Source of the DNA: Nemertoderma westbladi
Taxonomy: Eukaryota; Animalia; Xenacoelomorpha
Length of the DNA: 64,000 bases
Reading direction: 5' to 3'
Assembly (NCBI GenBank): GCA_032718475.1
Contig: JAUCBJ010001398.1
Coordinates: 81,449 to 145,448, forward strand
The translations under genes were made by a program, and so were the position numbers. Within the stretch, counting starts at the first letter, position 1; each line of letters opens with the position of its first letter. The notes under the pieces are model-generated. The model did no database searches. It saw nothing but the letters and a program-made list of their open reading frames with translations, and was not told the DNA's origin. Of the stretch, positions 17,501-28,979 are shown one piece after another.

Positions 17501-19393
17501 AGACTCTTTTTTAATAAATCACATTATCCCTATTCTGAGGCCAAAGGGCCCCCCTTTCCCCCAGGATATACCATATCCCATTACAGCTGGGTGGACTGAA
17601 GCTAGGTCCATAGAGTTAACAGCTTTACTAAAAGTTGGCTGTTCCTTTTCTGGGGCTCGTACTCGCGACCTTCCGATTGGAAGACTGGCGTTCAAACCAG
17701 CTGGACAACATAATCTTTTAATTATGTACTGTTTACTGCCTGAACACAAGTACACCTGTCACAACCAAATTATAAAATTATCATCTCCAGTTAATTATGA
17801 ATGTTAATTATTATGTTTAAGGTGTGATTCTCCTGCCGCGGATATTAGTTCCAGTGGAGTGGCAATCTCATTGGAGGTTGCTAGGATACTAGCAACTGGG
17901 GAGCCACCCAATGTGACTGTAGTGTTTGTAGCATTGGATGGCGCTGGCCGTTCAGCCAATGAGAGTTCGTTTTATTTTACAAACGATTGGTTGCCTAGAT
18001 ACACGGATGGGTTTACTTACCGACCCCGAATCTACGGAACTTACTTCCTGGGACCACTGCTGAATGTTGATGATAAAATGGCTTCTCAAAATATTCCGGA
18101 TGATCTTTTATATGTATGTATATATCTACAGTCTCGCATTGTTACTATTGATAATATTGTTACTAGTTTATTAGAGACAGCGGGGATGGGGAGGGGGGGG
18201 GGGGGGGGGGGGGGGGGCTATATTGACACAAATCCAGGTTACAGTACAATTTTTTGTTAAGATTAGCTGTTATTGGCGTCGATTTTCCACTGGAGAGGAA
18301 ACTTCATTTTCCACTTCATCACAATCGTCAACCCCCCCCCCCCCCACCTCCCCTTCACAATCTTTTACATTAACACAATAAAAGATATATGCCCTATGTT
18401 CCTTTTAATATATATCTCAATAAATATAATTGATACTTTACTTTCATAGCTCCTACATAGCGATGGCTCCATCGATAATACAATATCCGGGATGAAAGGA
18501 AACTTTCTGGCAACTATTAGTCGCTATAACGATTACACTCTACTCAACAATCTCATAACTAACTATAATCCAACTACATCCTACCCTACCGTGGAATTCC
18601 AAATATCTGGTTCTTCTGCCTCCGTATCCATGGTAACGTTGCATTTGCCTGAGGTGGCACCGTTCTGGAACTTTGTTTCAGATAATAATGGAGGGGAATT
18701 ATTTCACAACGCTGTTTATCTCACCGATACAGGTAGAGGCCTATTGTTTGTAAGCAGTTGTTGTGATGGTCCAGCATAGAGTTGGGTTATTAACACAGAA
18801 AGGTGATAATTAACAGTGTGCAAAAAGTTGTGTTTCATTTTTATTCAAATTTAAATACAAATTATAAATGGTTTACCGTATCCACATTTCTCCCTTACGG
18901 GAGTCTTCAGCGTTGTTATTATATTAAAAACGTATATAAAGGCAATTTAATTAAAATAAAATAAAATCTGCTCAGAGACCGGTAAGTCAAGTACGTAGAA
19001 CTGTATATATGTACGCAGACGGAAAGGTCTCCCTTATTGTCTCCATGCTCGGAGTCCCAACAACCTAAATATAATTTTTGTGATTTATAATATTATGCAT
19101 ATTACTTACAGCTTAATTTCTTGACTTTTGTAATATTTTTTACAGGACATTTGCGAGGTTATATGGCAGATTGTTATCTGAAACGTTGCGACAACACGAC
19201 CCATATAACAGAATACCGTCTGGAGTTTATGTTGAAAGTAACGCGGAGTTTAGTGGGGGTAGTTAGAGATATGTTACCGCAACCGGTGCTGACGCCAAAT
19301 TACTCCACTACATCAAACGGATTTCCTAAAAGCTCGTTAAACTTTCTACAATCCTATACGTTAATGCTGACCATTCTTTACATAACAACTTAA
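5565..19393 (+). CDS. Secreted or GPI-anchored M28-family zinc peptidase-like protein with two tandem M28 domains (first intact, second degenerate), ~749 aa, 13 exons
   Basis: Exons 5565-5613, 5805-6028, 6527-6665, 8912-9031, 9654-9787, 9952-10141, 10551-10673, 14149-14237, 15593-15811, 16770-16909, 17822-18113, 18450-18732, 19146-19393 (2250 nt, GT-AG, phases consistent; alternative in-frame ATG at 5538). Signal-like MLIRATFTAYLLFIAAG; domain 1 motifs NIIAVLPG, SAHYDT, GVDDDGSG, FDHEEDGLIGSRHF, RSDHVPFW, LTDTA, CYHKDCD; hydrophobic C-terminus. Confidence 0.8.
7148..8883 (+). repeat. 20-bp minisatellite (GAAGTCTAACTCATGGATTG)n, ~87 copies, in intron 3 of the M28 gene
   Basis: Near-perfect 20-bp periodicity with scattered substitutions; ends about 28 nt before the acceptor AG at 8910-8911. 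Confidence 0.98.
10171..10290 (+). repeat. 39-bp tandem repeat, 3 copies, just inside intron 6 of the M28 gene
   Basis: TTATTTGTTTTTGTTTACAATCTTTTCAATTTATTGTTG at 10171, 10210, 10249. Confidence 0.85.
11526..13826 (-). CDS. MARVEL-domain-like four-transmembrane protein (CMTM/plasmolipin-like), 3 exons, ~222 aa, nested antisense in M28 intron 7
   Basis: Exons 13826-13545, 12688-12563, 11786-11526, all phase 0 with GTGAGT/GTAAGT donors and TAG/CAG acceptors. Four hydrophobic segments; GVAKFFEFVMDIISIICV and AGVFMMSTTIIYVADA resemble MARVEL helices 1 and 4. Confidence 0.72.
13170..13502 (+). mobile_element. Non-autonomous DNA element (~330 bp, imperfect terminal inverted repeats; MITE or Helentron-associated HINE-like), copy 1
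   Basis: Highly similar to 14735-15064; left GTGGGG...CACGAAGTGAGC..CCTTAGCATAT pairs with right ATATGCTAAGG..GCTCACTTCGTG...CCCCAC; internal GAC/GACA microsatellite. Confidence 0.75.
14220..14296 (+). repeat. 40-bp direct duplication spanning the exon 8 / intron 8 junction of the M28 gene
   Basis: CTCAATAAAGTGACACAG|GTCAGTGACCCTCTAATAA occurs at 14220 and 14260. Confidence 0.92.
14735..15064 (+). mobile_element. Non-autonomous DNA element, copy 2 of the 13170-13502 family
   Basis: Colinear similarity with 13170-13502 including both inverted-repeat arms; a more diverged relative appears near 57425-57593. Confidence 0.75.
15240..15435 (+). mobile_element. tRNA-derived SINE fragment
   Basis: A-box-like GGTGATTAGAGCGTCGGTCTTACAACCGGGAGGTC head and CTTTACCTTACC tail. 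Confidence 0.45.
16040..16175 (-). mobile_element. LINE reverse-transcriptase fragment (RTE-like)
   Basis: Minus-strand translation contains VTDLDFADDLSL, a non-LTR RT catalytic motif. Confidence 0.55.
17520..17705 (-). mobile_element. tRNA-derived SINE
   Basis: Minus strand: GCTGGTTTGAACGCCAGTCTTCCAATCGGAAGGTCGCGAGTACGAGCCCC (tRNA-like head) followed by CAGTCCACCCAGCTGTAATGGG, a common SINE central motif. Confidence 0.55.
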
Positions 19394-19526
19394 GCGGCTA
19401 TGTGTTTTAATTTAATTTAATATCTAATATATAATCTAAATTTAATTATAACGTAAATTTATTTCAATATATTGCAAATATCATAATTATAAATTAAGAA
19501 TTAATGTAAATTATTTTAAATTGTGC

Positions 19527-22157
19527 AGTGGTCTGTGATTGGTTGAGCCCCGCAGTGGGCTATGATTGGTTGGGCCCTACAGTGGGCTGTGATTGGTTGA
19601 GCACTGCAGTAGGCTGTGATTGGTTGGGCCCAGCAGTGGGCTGTGATTGGTTGTGCCCAGCAGTGGGCTGTGATTGGTTGAGCACTGCAGTAGGCTTTGA
19701 TTGGTTGAGCCCAGCAGTGGGCTATGATTGGTTGGACCCCGCAGTGGGCTGTGATTGGTTGGGCCCAGCAGTGGGCTGTGATTGGTTGAGCACTGCAGTA
19801 GGCTGTGATTGGTTGGGCCCTACAGTGGGCTGTGATTGGTTGAGCACTGCAGTAGGCTGTGATTGGTTGGGCCCAGCAGTGGGCTGTGATTGGTTGAGCA
19901 CTGCAGTAGGCTGTGATTGGTTGGGCCCAGCAGTGGGCTGTGATTGGTATAGCACTGCAGTAGGCTTTGATTGGTTGAGCCCAGCAGTGGGCTATGACTG
20001 GTTGGGCCCCGCAGTGGGCTGTGATTGGTTGGGCCCAGCAGTGGGCTGTGATTGGTTGAGCACTGCAGTAGGCTGTGATTGGTTGGGCCCTACAGTGGGC
20101 TGTGATTGGTTGAGCACTGCAGTAGGCTGTGATTGGTTGGGCCCAGCAGTGGGCTGTGATTGGTTGAGCACTGCAGTACGCTGTGATTGGTTGGGCCCAG
20201 CAGTGGGCTGTGATTGCTTGAGCACTGCAGTAGGCTGTGATTGGTTGGGCCCAGCAGTGGGCTATGATTGGTTGAGCACTGCAGTAGGCTATGATTGATT
20301 GGGCCCCGCAGTGGGCTGTGATTGGTTGGGCCCCGCAGTGGGCTGTGATTGGTTGGGCCCAGCAGTGCGCTGTGATTGGTTGAGCACTGCAGTAGGCTGT
20401 GATTGGTTGGGCCCTACAGTGGGCTGTGATTGGTTGAGCACTGCAGTAGGCTGTGATTGGTTGGGCCCAGCAGTGGGCTGTGATTGGTTGAGCACTGCAG
20501 TAGGCTATGATTGATTGGGCCCCGCAGTGGGCTGTGATTGGTTGAGCACTGCTGTAGGCAGTGATTGGATGGGCCCAGCGGTGGGCTGTGATTGGTTGAG
20601 CACTGCAGTAGGCTGTGATTGTTTGGGCCCAGCAGTGGGCTGTGATTGGTTGAGCACTGTGAGCGTATTCAATTCCGCCTTACCAACCCCCATAAAGTGG
20701 GAAAGCAGGGCCTTTAAGCAATATTGGGAAGCACGAGGTTGATTGCCAATCAACCTCATACCACCCCCAATAAACGGGGACGACAAACCCCAAAGGGCCT
20801 CACACAATAGAGGTTAGAGGTCAAGCTACCTCAAGGAGAGAGAGTAACAGCAGCGGGGGGGGGGGGGGGGGGGGGAACACTCCCACAAAGTTCAGGGCGA
20901 GAATTAGGTTACTAGCCAATGGGGGAACAGCAGGGCATCAGCTGAGTAACACGGCCAAAGGTAGTGTAGTATATTACCGGTCGGTGTTATTCAGTCACTC
21001 AGTTATCTCAGTACAGTCATGGCAGTACGGTGACAGTTTAAGACGTCACCGCCGTCACCGCCGTCACCCATATTACCGGTCTATTAACATAACCAGTTGC
21101 TATCTGCTATTGTATTTACATCTGTACATCACATATATATCTATATTATTAAGAACGTCGGAACAACAAATTCCCTTTCCATCACACGGTGCGGCTGACG
21201 CGTACATAAACAACACCGGTCGGGATTCTCGGATCCCGTCACAAGCACTGCAGTAGGCTGTGATTGGTTGGGCCCCGCAGTAGGCTGTGATTGGTTGTGT
21301 CACTGCAGTAGGCTGTGATTGGTTGGGCCCGCAGTGGGCTATGATTGGTTGGGCCCCGCTGTGGGCTGTGATTGGTTGAGCACTGCTGTAGGCTGTGATT
21401 GGTTGGGCCTCGCAGTGGGCTGTGATTAGTTGAGCAATGCTGTAGGCTGTGATTGGTTGGGCCCCGCAGTGGGCTGTGATTGGCTGAGCACTGCTGTAGG
21501 CTGTGATTGGTTGGACCCCGCAGTGGGCTGTGATTGGTTGAGCACTGCTGTAGGCTGTGATTGGTTGGGCCCAGCAGTGGGCTGTGAATGGTTGAGCACT
21601 GCAGTAGGCTGTGATTGGTTGGGCCCAGCAGTGGGCTATGATTGGTTGGGCCCGCAGTGGGCTGTGATTGGTTGGGCACTGCTGTAGGCTGTGATTGTTT
21701 GGGCCCAGCAGTGGGCTGTGATTGGTTGAGCACTGCAGTAGGCTGTGATTGGTTGGACCCAGCAGTGGTCTGTGATTGGTTGAGCCCTGCAGTAGGCTGT
21801 GATTGGTTGGGCCCAGCAGTGGGCTGTGATTGGTTGATCACTGCAGTAGGCTGTGATTGGTTGGGCCCAGCCGTGGGCTGTGATTGGTTGAGCACTGTAG
21901 TAGGCTGTGATTGGTTGGGCCCAGCAGTGGGCTGTGATTGGTTGAGCACTTCAGTAGGCTGTGATTAGTTGGGCCCAGCAGTGGGCTGTGATTGGTTGAG
22001 CACTGTAGTAGGCTGTGATTGGTTGGGCCTAGCAGTGGGCTGTGATTGGTTGAGCACTGCTGTAGGCTGTGATTGGTTGGGCCCAGCAGTGGGCTGTGAT
22101 TGGTTGAGCACTGCAGTAGGCTGTGATTGGTTGGGCCCAGCAGTGGGCTGTGACTGA
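19527..22157 (+). repeat. 27-bp minisatellite (alternating GCAGTGGGCTGTGATTGGTTGGGCCCA / GCAGTAGGCTGTGATTGGTTGAGCACT variants), ~75 units, split by a solo LTR
   Basis: Blocks 19527-20657 and 21244-22157; 9-codon periodicity in spurious ORFs (AVGCDWLGP/AVGCDWLST); units carry ATTGG (CCAAT on minus). Confidence 0.97.
20658..21243. mobile_element. Solo LTR (586 bp) with 5-bp target-site duplication
   Basis: Begins TGTGA, ends TCACA (TG...CA with short inverted repeat); flanked by AGCAC at 20653-20657 and 21244-21248; array phase resumes exactly. Confidence 0.82.
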
Positions 22158-22675
22158 ATTTGTAGTGAACTTTCTCTTAAGATTGAATTTTCATGGGAAA
22201 AAGTTCGCTGTAGATCGAATTTTCCGCTCAACCTTTACATTTAATTGCCAAATTATATATCCTACACATTTCCCTTCATAGGATTAAGTGTATTATTGTT
22301 CAATGTGCTGAACCTGGTCGTTTAGGATGAGTAGCCGCACAAAGGTGAGTAATGAAGACACTTCCAGTAATAACCGTTAAGAATGATAAATTGGGGGGAG
22401 CTTTTATGGATGTAACTGTGTAAGAAGCTGGTATTTCAGTATCCAAATAAATTTTAGTGTTTTTCAATCCTATGTACATCCAACTCCGTATGTACGAGAT
22501 TTATTAATGACAAATTTCTTATTAGGCCCTCTATATCAGTATATAATTCCATAAATATCTTATATATGACGTTGAATTGTATCTTGGTATTTTTCACCAC
22601 TTTGGATCGCTGATATCCATTCGCATATAAGAACGGATTTAGTTTAAATTTAAGTTGTTTTTTTCTAAAGGTTGT

Positions 22676-25600
22676 TTAAAATGCGGTTGTTGTTGCATGA
22701 GTGAAAGCAGCCTCAATGATTGTTGTATCTGCCGATGTTGAGGAGGTTATTACATAGTTATCTGACGTTTTTAAAGAATAGGAAGTGGCAGTTGTTGTTG
22801 ATTCTGATGTTTTTGAAAGACCAGCAACAGTTGATGTTGTATCTGATGATTTTATAGAAGCAGCAGCTGTGGGTGTTCCATCTAATGATTTTTTATAAGC
22901 TACATCAATGGTCGCTGCATCTGGCGATTTTGAAGAAATTGCTACAGCCCTGGATGTTGTATGTGATGATTTTGTAGAAGCAGCAGCTGTGGGTGTTCCA
23001 TCTAGTGATTTTTTATAAGCTACATCAATGGTTGCTGCATCTGGCGATTTTGAAGAAATTGCTACAGCCGTGGATGTTGTATGTGATGATTTTGTAGAAG
23101 CAGCAGCTGTGGGTGTTCCATCTAGTGATTTTTTATAAGCTACATCAATGGTTGCTGCTTCTGGCGATTTTGAAGAAATTGCTACAGCCGTGGATGTTGT
23201 ATGTGATGATTTTGTAGAAGCAGCAGCTGTGGGTGTTCCATCTAGTAATTTTTTATAAACTACAGCAATGGTTGCTGCTTCTGGCGATTTTGAAGAAATT
23301 GCTACAGCCGTGGATGTTGTATGTGATGATTTTGTAGTAGCAGCAGCTGTGGGTGTTCCATCTAGTGATTTTTTATAAGCTACATCAATGGTTGCTGCTT
23401 CTGGCGATTTTGAAGAAATTGCTACAGCCGTGGATGTTGTATGTGATGATTTTGTAGAAGCAGCAGCTGTGGGTGTTCCATCTAGTGATTTTTTATAAGC
23501 TACATCAATGGTCGCTGCATCTGGCGATTTTGAAGAAATTGCTACAGCCGTGGATGTTGTATGTGATGATTTTGCAGAAGTGGCTCTGGTCGTGGTTACT
23601 GAATCTGATGATTTAATAGAAACGACAGCAGCAAAGGTTCTGGTATTTGACGATTTCTTAGAGTCGGCAGTGACAGCAGCAGTGTGTGTTGGGTCTGATG
23701 ATTTTTTAGAGCCGGCAGTGGTTATATCTTCTGGTGGTTCTGTAATATCGACGGTACTGGTAGATGACAGGAGTTTTTCAATAAATAGCAGCGGCAGTGG
23801 TTGTTGTGTCTGATGATTTAGTGGAATAGGTAAATTATATTGCCGTTTTGCAATAACAGGTGGGGGTTCTGCACCTGTTTTAGATGGATTTTCCTTCTCT
23901 GATTCTGGTTCTGCACCTGTTTTAGATGGATTTTCCTTCTCTGATTCTGGTTCTGCACCTGTTTTAGATGGATTTTCCTTCTCTGATTCTGGTTCTGCAC
24001 CTGTTTTAGGTGGATTATTATTTTCTGATTCTGGTTCTGCACCTGGCTTAGGTGGATTTTCCTTCTCTGATTCTGGTTCTGCACCTGGCTTAGGTGGATT
24101 TTCCTTCTCTGATTCTGGTTCTGCACCTGGTATATCGTCACCTGCATATATTAAGATCACTTTAAACAAAACAGTACCCGATTAGTATAAAAGTACCGGT
24201 AATCCATATGTTTACAGCCCAAATCATTGATAAGGCGAAATAAGGCTATATTTTGACTATATGTGCCTATTAAACATTACGCGAAGATTTACATTGAATA
24301 ATTTATTGCACATATAAACAGCCGTATATTTATTATCATACCTATTATTATTATACAGTACTATTTATTATTATTTAGGAATTATTTATATAGAATAATT
24401 ATTATTCTTGACTTGCATTTTATATTTTAGTACAGTCAGCCTACGTAAAAAGGGTCGGCATGGTGTAGGGTGTGGAGGAGGGCAGTGAAATTGCTGATGA
24501 GTTCAGGGATGGTGTTGCCACCACAATAGATGTCATCGGCGAGTTTGACAACAGAGCCCTGGACGAGAAGATCGCCGAGGACGCGAGACATTTTACTACT
24601 CGAGGGCAGTCTCGCTGCCGGGCATGCCCATGGCACAGCAGCGGTAGACGCGAACGCCATTAAATGGCGTAGATACGCCGCAGAAACGCATGGAGTTGCG
24701 GTGGAGGGGAATCTGATAAAAGTTGCTGGTGAGGTCCGCCTTAACGAGAAGCTTGAACCGGCCAAGGGCTCGAATGGTGGATTCATCATCTGAGAGGAGT
24801 GCGATTTGTGGTTTACAATATTGGGCAATCTATGTGAATGTGGAGACAAGCCGAGTTCCTCCGTTGGGCTTGGCGATGAGAAAGCTGGGGTTCAGATACT
24901 CTACATTGACACCGGCAGCTCCAGACGAATGAAGACGCCAAGGTGCTCAAGCAAATTGAACTTCTCCTGTGGTTCGACGAGAAGATTGCGGGAGTATTGT
25001 GGGACGCTACCTTTACATTGGGGTGGCAATGTAGGGGTAACATTAACAACCGCTTCGAATGGACTGACAGATCCGTTGTATCCGGAATATGCGGGGTCGA
25101 AGACGTCAGAGAACTCCTCAAGTAGATCGTGGAAGGAAGCATGCTTGCGGTAGGAGAGAATGCCCTGAGGGTCAATCTGGACTTCCTTGATTGGCGGGAG
25201 AGACTGGGTGGGCTGGGGGTGAATGGCTGCGGAGCGGATTTCGGGGCAGGGTAAGGACTGATAAAGTTGTTGCGTGGGAGTGGCTGTGGTGGGCAGTGTG
25301 GTGCAGACATGGGAGTTGCGTTGGATGAAGACAGGGTAGGGAGCAGAGTTAGGAATGGAAATGGAACCATCCATCGGTTGGAGCTGCATTGGCAGCGGGT
25401 GGACTGGCGACGGAGCTCTCATCATCTTCCGGTTGTTCGTTTGAAACGTCGTCAGTGTTGCACTCGACGTGGACGAGATGGGCCCTTGAAATAAAACGCT
25501 TGTCAGCAGGGGGAAGGAAGGGACACGCGCTGAGAAAGTGGTTGATGGGAGTGCACTTAGTCTGGGAGCAGAGGGGACACGGTGAACAGGACGAGATGCC

Positions 25601-28528
25601 CGTGGGCGGTGGAATTAGGACCGAAACCTGATGAGGTAGAAGGGATCCTACGATCATTCTTCCGCGAGAAGGTACATTCTTCCGCGGCAGTGTGGAGCTC
25701 GTTGAGAAGAGATGACAGCGCCTGGGAGATCTCGGGTTTGATGCTAGCCAGTGTACAGGATCGGAGTTCGGTGCCGTATCGCTGCTGAACTAAGCGAGGG
25801 AGGTCTGGGTGGATAAGACGGACGGAAGAGTACAACGAAGTTCTCGAGAGATGGAGACAACTCCTCGTCATCGTCGGGCAGAATCCCATGGTGGGAGATA
25901 CAGCCATCCAGCCGGAGTAAGTTGTCGTCAACGAATCGGCAGCTAACAGCTGGAAGAGGTCTTCGGGGCGTTCCTCGTGGAGAAGGGAGATCTCGGAGAA
26001 GGAGAGGAAATGGGCTCCAGTTGCCTGGAAGCCATAATGCAGGTGGATGGCCTACCATATGGAGGGCAATGAAGTGGAGTCCCGTATGATCGAGTTACAT
26101 GCGATAACGGGGCTGTAATTGGCGACCTGGTCGAGCATAAGCTCCAGCACCATAGTCTTTTGAAGGGCGGTACGGCGATCTGCTGGAGCAACGGTGTTTG
26201 GCGAAACCGTAAACCAGTACAGCGCGGGTATGGTGCAACCAGGTGGCGCCCAGGGTTGTAAATGGTGCAAACTGGGGTTGGAGCGCAAGTGAATAAGTTA
26301 GATTGTTGCGCCATACTTCAAAGGAATTGACCGTCTCTGACTTGCTGAGTGGAACCAGTTTGGGGGGCTTCAGAGGGCTGTTAAATGCCATGGTCAGATG
26401 GTACCAGTAAGTAGGTAGCAGATGTAGAGGCTGAGTGGTGGTTGTAGTAACTTGAGGAATGGGAAGCGAAGCACACGGTGACACCACGCCAGAAGTAAGG
26501 AAGCCACGCAATGAGCGAAGTGAATGAAGTGTGGTAAGTGAGCGACAAGTATAATAACCACTTATTATAGAGCGCAATATATATCAAACGCAAAGCAGGC
26601 AGGTAAATACAACAACATACCAGTATTCAGCTCACGGCTGTAGATCACTATGGTACTGTAGTGCAGTATAGTAATCACTAAGCCAACTCGTATACGGTCA
26701 GGCTCACATACAGACGAACAGGGCCTAAACCGGCTGGCCCAAAGCCTATAATGTGGCTCAACTTCAATGTCCCGATTTCCGATTGGATACAGCGCCTGGC
26801 TGCTTTCACAATAGTGTTTGATGGCGTAGGTTCAAATCCGAGTAAAGGCTGTAGAAATTTCACACCGTTGTTGTTGTTGTGTCCTTAGGCAAGACACTTT
26901 AGACATTAGTGCCGACGCCAACCCAGCAGTATAATGGGAACCTAACAAATATAAATGTATATTATTTATAATGTCAGGATTTTTCCCAAACGACGTAGAT
27001 TTTCCATAGCAACAAGGTAAATAACTATTGGTGTGGTTTTTCCCAAATTTGATGCATAAAAACTTTAGTCAACTTTCTGGCTATGAGCTTCGTCATAGTT
27101 ACCAATAATTTAGTTTCCAGGTCAACAGAAATTTGTAACATACAATATTTTTACAACATAATTTGTAAGATTTGTCAACAGACATTTTTAAAATCATTTT
27201 AGTTGGTACCTTTTAGGAGTTGGTACCTTTTAAGAGGCTTAAAAACACAAACATTTTTGCTCGAATCTAGGATGCCTATAATTTTAGTTTATTAAGCTAA
27301 TAGTTAGTAATATAGTTAATAATTTATTATAGTAAATAATTGGATTGGTTAATAAGTGATGTGAATGGTGATCGTGTGAAACTCAAAACACCGACAACTC
27401 TCTCTTGGCTCATACCTATAAGTTGGAGAATTACATATGGGAAATTCTCTGAATACCGAAACTAATTTAATATCGACAATATGCGTATAATGTCTACCTT
27501 GACGTGGTTAAATCCGTTGCCTTGATTTCACTTCCCTCTGGAGGTCGTGGGTGCGATCCTCGTATGGGGACCAGGGGAGTTTTCGTTTTGACACGAATGA
27601 TTTAAATTGCTTTAAATTGCCTTAAATTGCATATTGCCTGTGCTTTGCATCCGTCGTAGCTAATTGAGTAGGTTTCCTCTTGGGAGTATAGTTCTGAGGG
27701 GGCCAGACTGGATAAGTCGTCAGATTTCGTGCGTAATTCCTACCCTAATGGCCGAATAAAACTTTTTATTTATTTTTCTATTATTTTTTTAGGCCTACTT
27801 TTTGCCATTTCAGGATGACTTTATTATTTTAATTATTGTTGGATTATAAATGAGCTAGCTGACACTTTACATAGACAAAGCCTTCCAAGTAGCGATCAAG
27901 CAGTTTCCCTTTGCAATTGTCATTTAAAAATAATAAAAGATAATAAAAAAGGTAATAGAATGATACATACAGTAGGTCTAGTTTACGAACTTAGTTATTC
28001 CAAATAATTGTCTAAGAATTTATCCAGGTTTAAATTTTTGAACACATTAACACTTTTCTTTGTCTACTTCGATTATAAAATAAAATAACAATAGTCTAAT
28101 TGAACACATCTATAAAGGTGAAGTATTATAATTTATTACTTTATTGTATTTTTTAAGTGAAATCAAATATATTTCGATAATTTCAGTTTTTAAATACCCG
28201 TGTCTCGTTTTCTAAATTAACTCGCTGCGCTCGTAAATTAACATATTCGACTTCAAAAAATGAGAATAAAAATAAAGAGATTATGTACTGTATACTGTAT
28301 AGAATAATGAATAACATTCACCTGGACAAGTGCACGCTGTAGTTGTTAATTCTACTGTAGTTGTTTCTGGTTCCTCTTCCCGAAATCCAAATATATTAGT
28401 ATCAACATATGAAACCGAAATGGTTAAGGGAATTAATATACAAAATAATAGCAATATTAATAATGTAAATATTATCAAGAATGTAATGAGACATTTTTTA
28501 CGTAGTAATTCCGTTGGTGTTTTTTTTA
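22676..28528 (-). CDS. Mucin-like Ser/Thr/Ala-rich membrane protein, last two recognisable exons (5' exons not identified)
   Basis: Exon 28528-28322 encodes a basic stretch then a long hydrophobic segment ([22 protein letters not shown]) and ends at a phase-1 donor G|GTGAAT; terminal exon 24141-22676 starts at a phase-1 acceptor and stays open for ~488 codons with 16-aa (48-bp) and 40-aa (120-bp) in-frame repeats. Confidence 0.6.
24436..26620 (-). mobile_element. Decayed, internally deleted Ty3/Gypsy-like LTR retrotransposon (gag-like plus partial RT)
   Basis: GC-richer island; frameshifted peptides [39 protein letters not shown] knuckle, [49 protein letters not shown]; multiple stops and frameshifts; truncated after RT core. 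Confidence 0.75.
26800..26945 (+). mobile_element. CORE-type SINE fragment
   Basis: B-box GGTTCAAATCC followed by GTGTCCTTAGGCAAGACACTT and AACCCAGCAGTATAATGGGAACC. Confidence 0.55.
27495..27775 (+). mobile_element. tRNA-derived SINE-like element
   Basis: A-box-like GACGTGGTTAAATCCG, B-box-like GGTGCGATCC, terminal AATAAA and T-rich tail. Confidence 0.4.
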
Positions 28529-28979
28529 CTTCATGCAAAGGAAGGAATTTCGGTAATGTCCGGTTTGCGGTTCAGCACTATTAATTAGGGAATGTTTAAA
28601 AAAAAAAAAAATGTTTTTATTTATTGACCATGGCAAATTTCCACCCCCAGCCTGTTTTCTACTCGACTATGGGTTTTTAGAAGAAAGGAGCAAGTCACCT
28701 TGATAGTGTTTCTAACCAAAAATAAACTAAGTTCTCTTTTTATGTCTGTCCACTTTCCCCTTTTGATAAATTTATCCTCTTAGTTACCAATATACCGGTA
28801 CAAAGGGAACAATAATGCCCGATATTTGCAAGATTCCGTTGGTGAAGACCATTAACCCTTTCTGTACCTGCTGGAAATTATTCAAACCCCCAAGTGCCCA
28901 ACTCTAATTCATGAATTTCTGAAGTCTGTCAGTCTTTCTGTCAGTTTGTCTGTCAAGACTTTAGAAAGAATAAAATCTA

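Noticed and set aside
15593-19393. Second M28 domain as a separate paralogous gene
   Set aside because: No signal-peptide exon or ATG found upstream; exon 9 begins with residues that complete domain 1 in frame. Not fully excluded without cDNA.
19528-22231. Cys/Trp-rich AVGCDWLGP repeat proteins
   Set aside because: Open frames arise from the 27-bp unit; interrupted by stops, indels and an LTR; no splice or start context.
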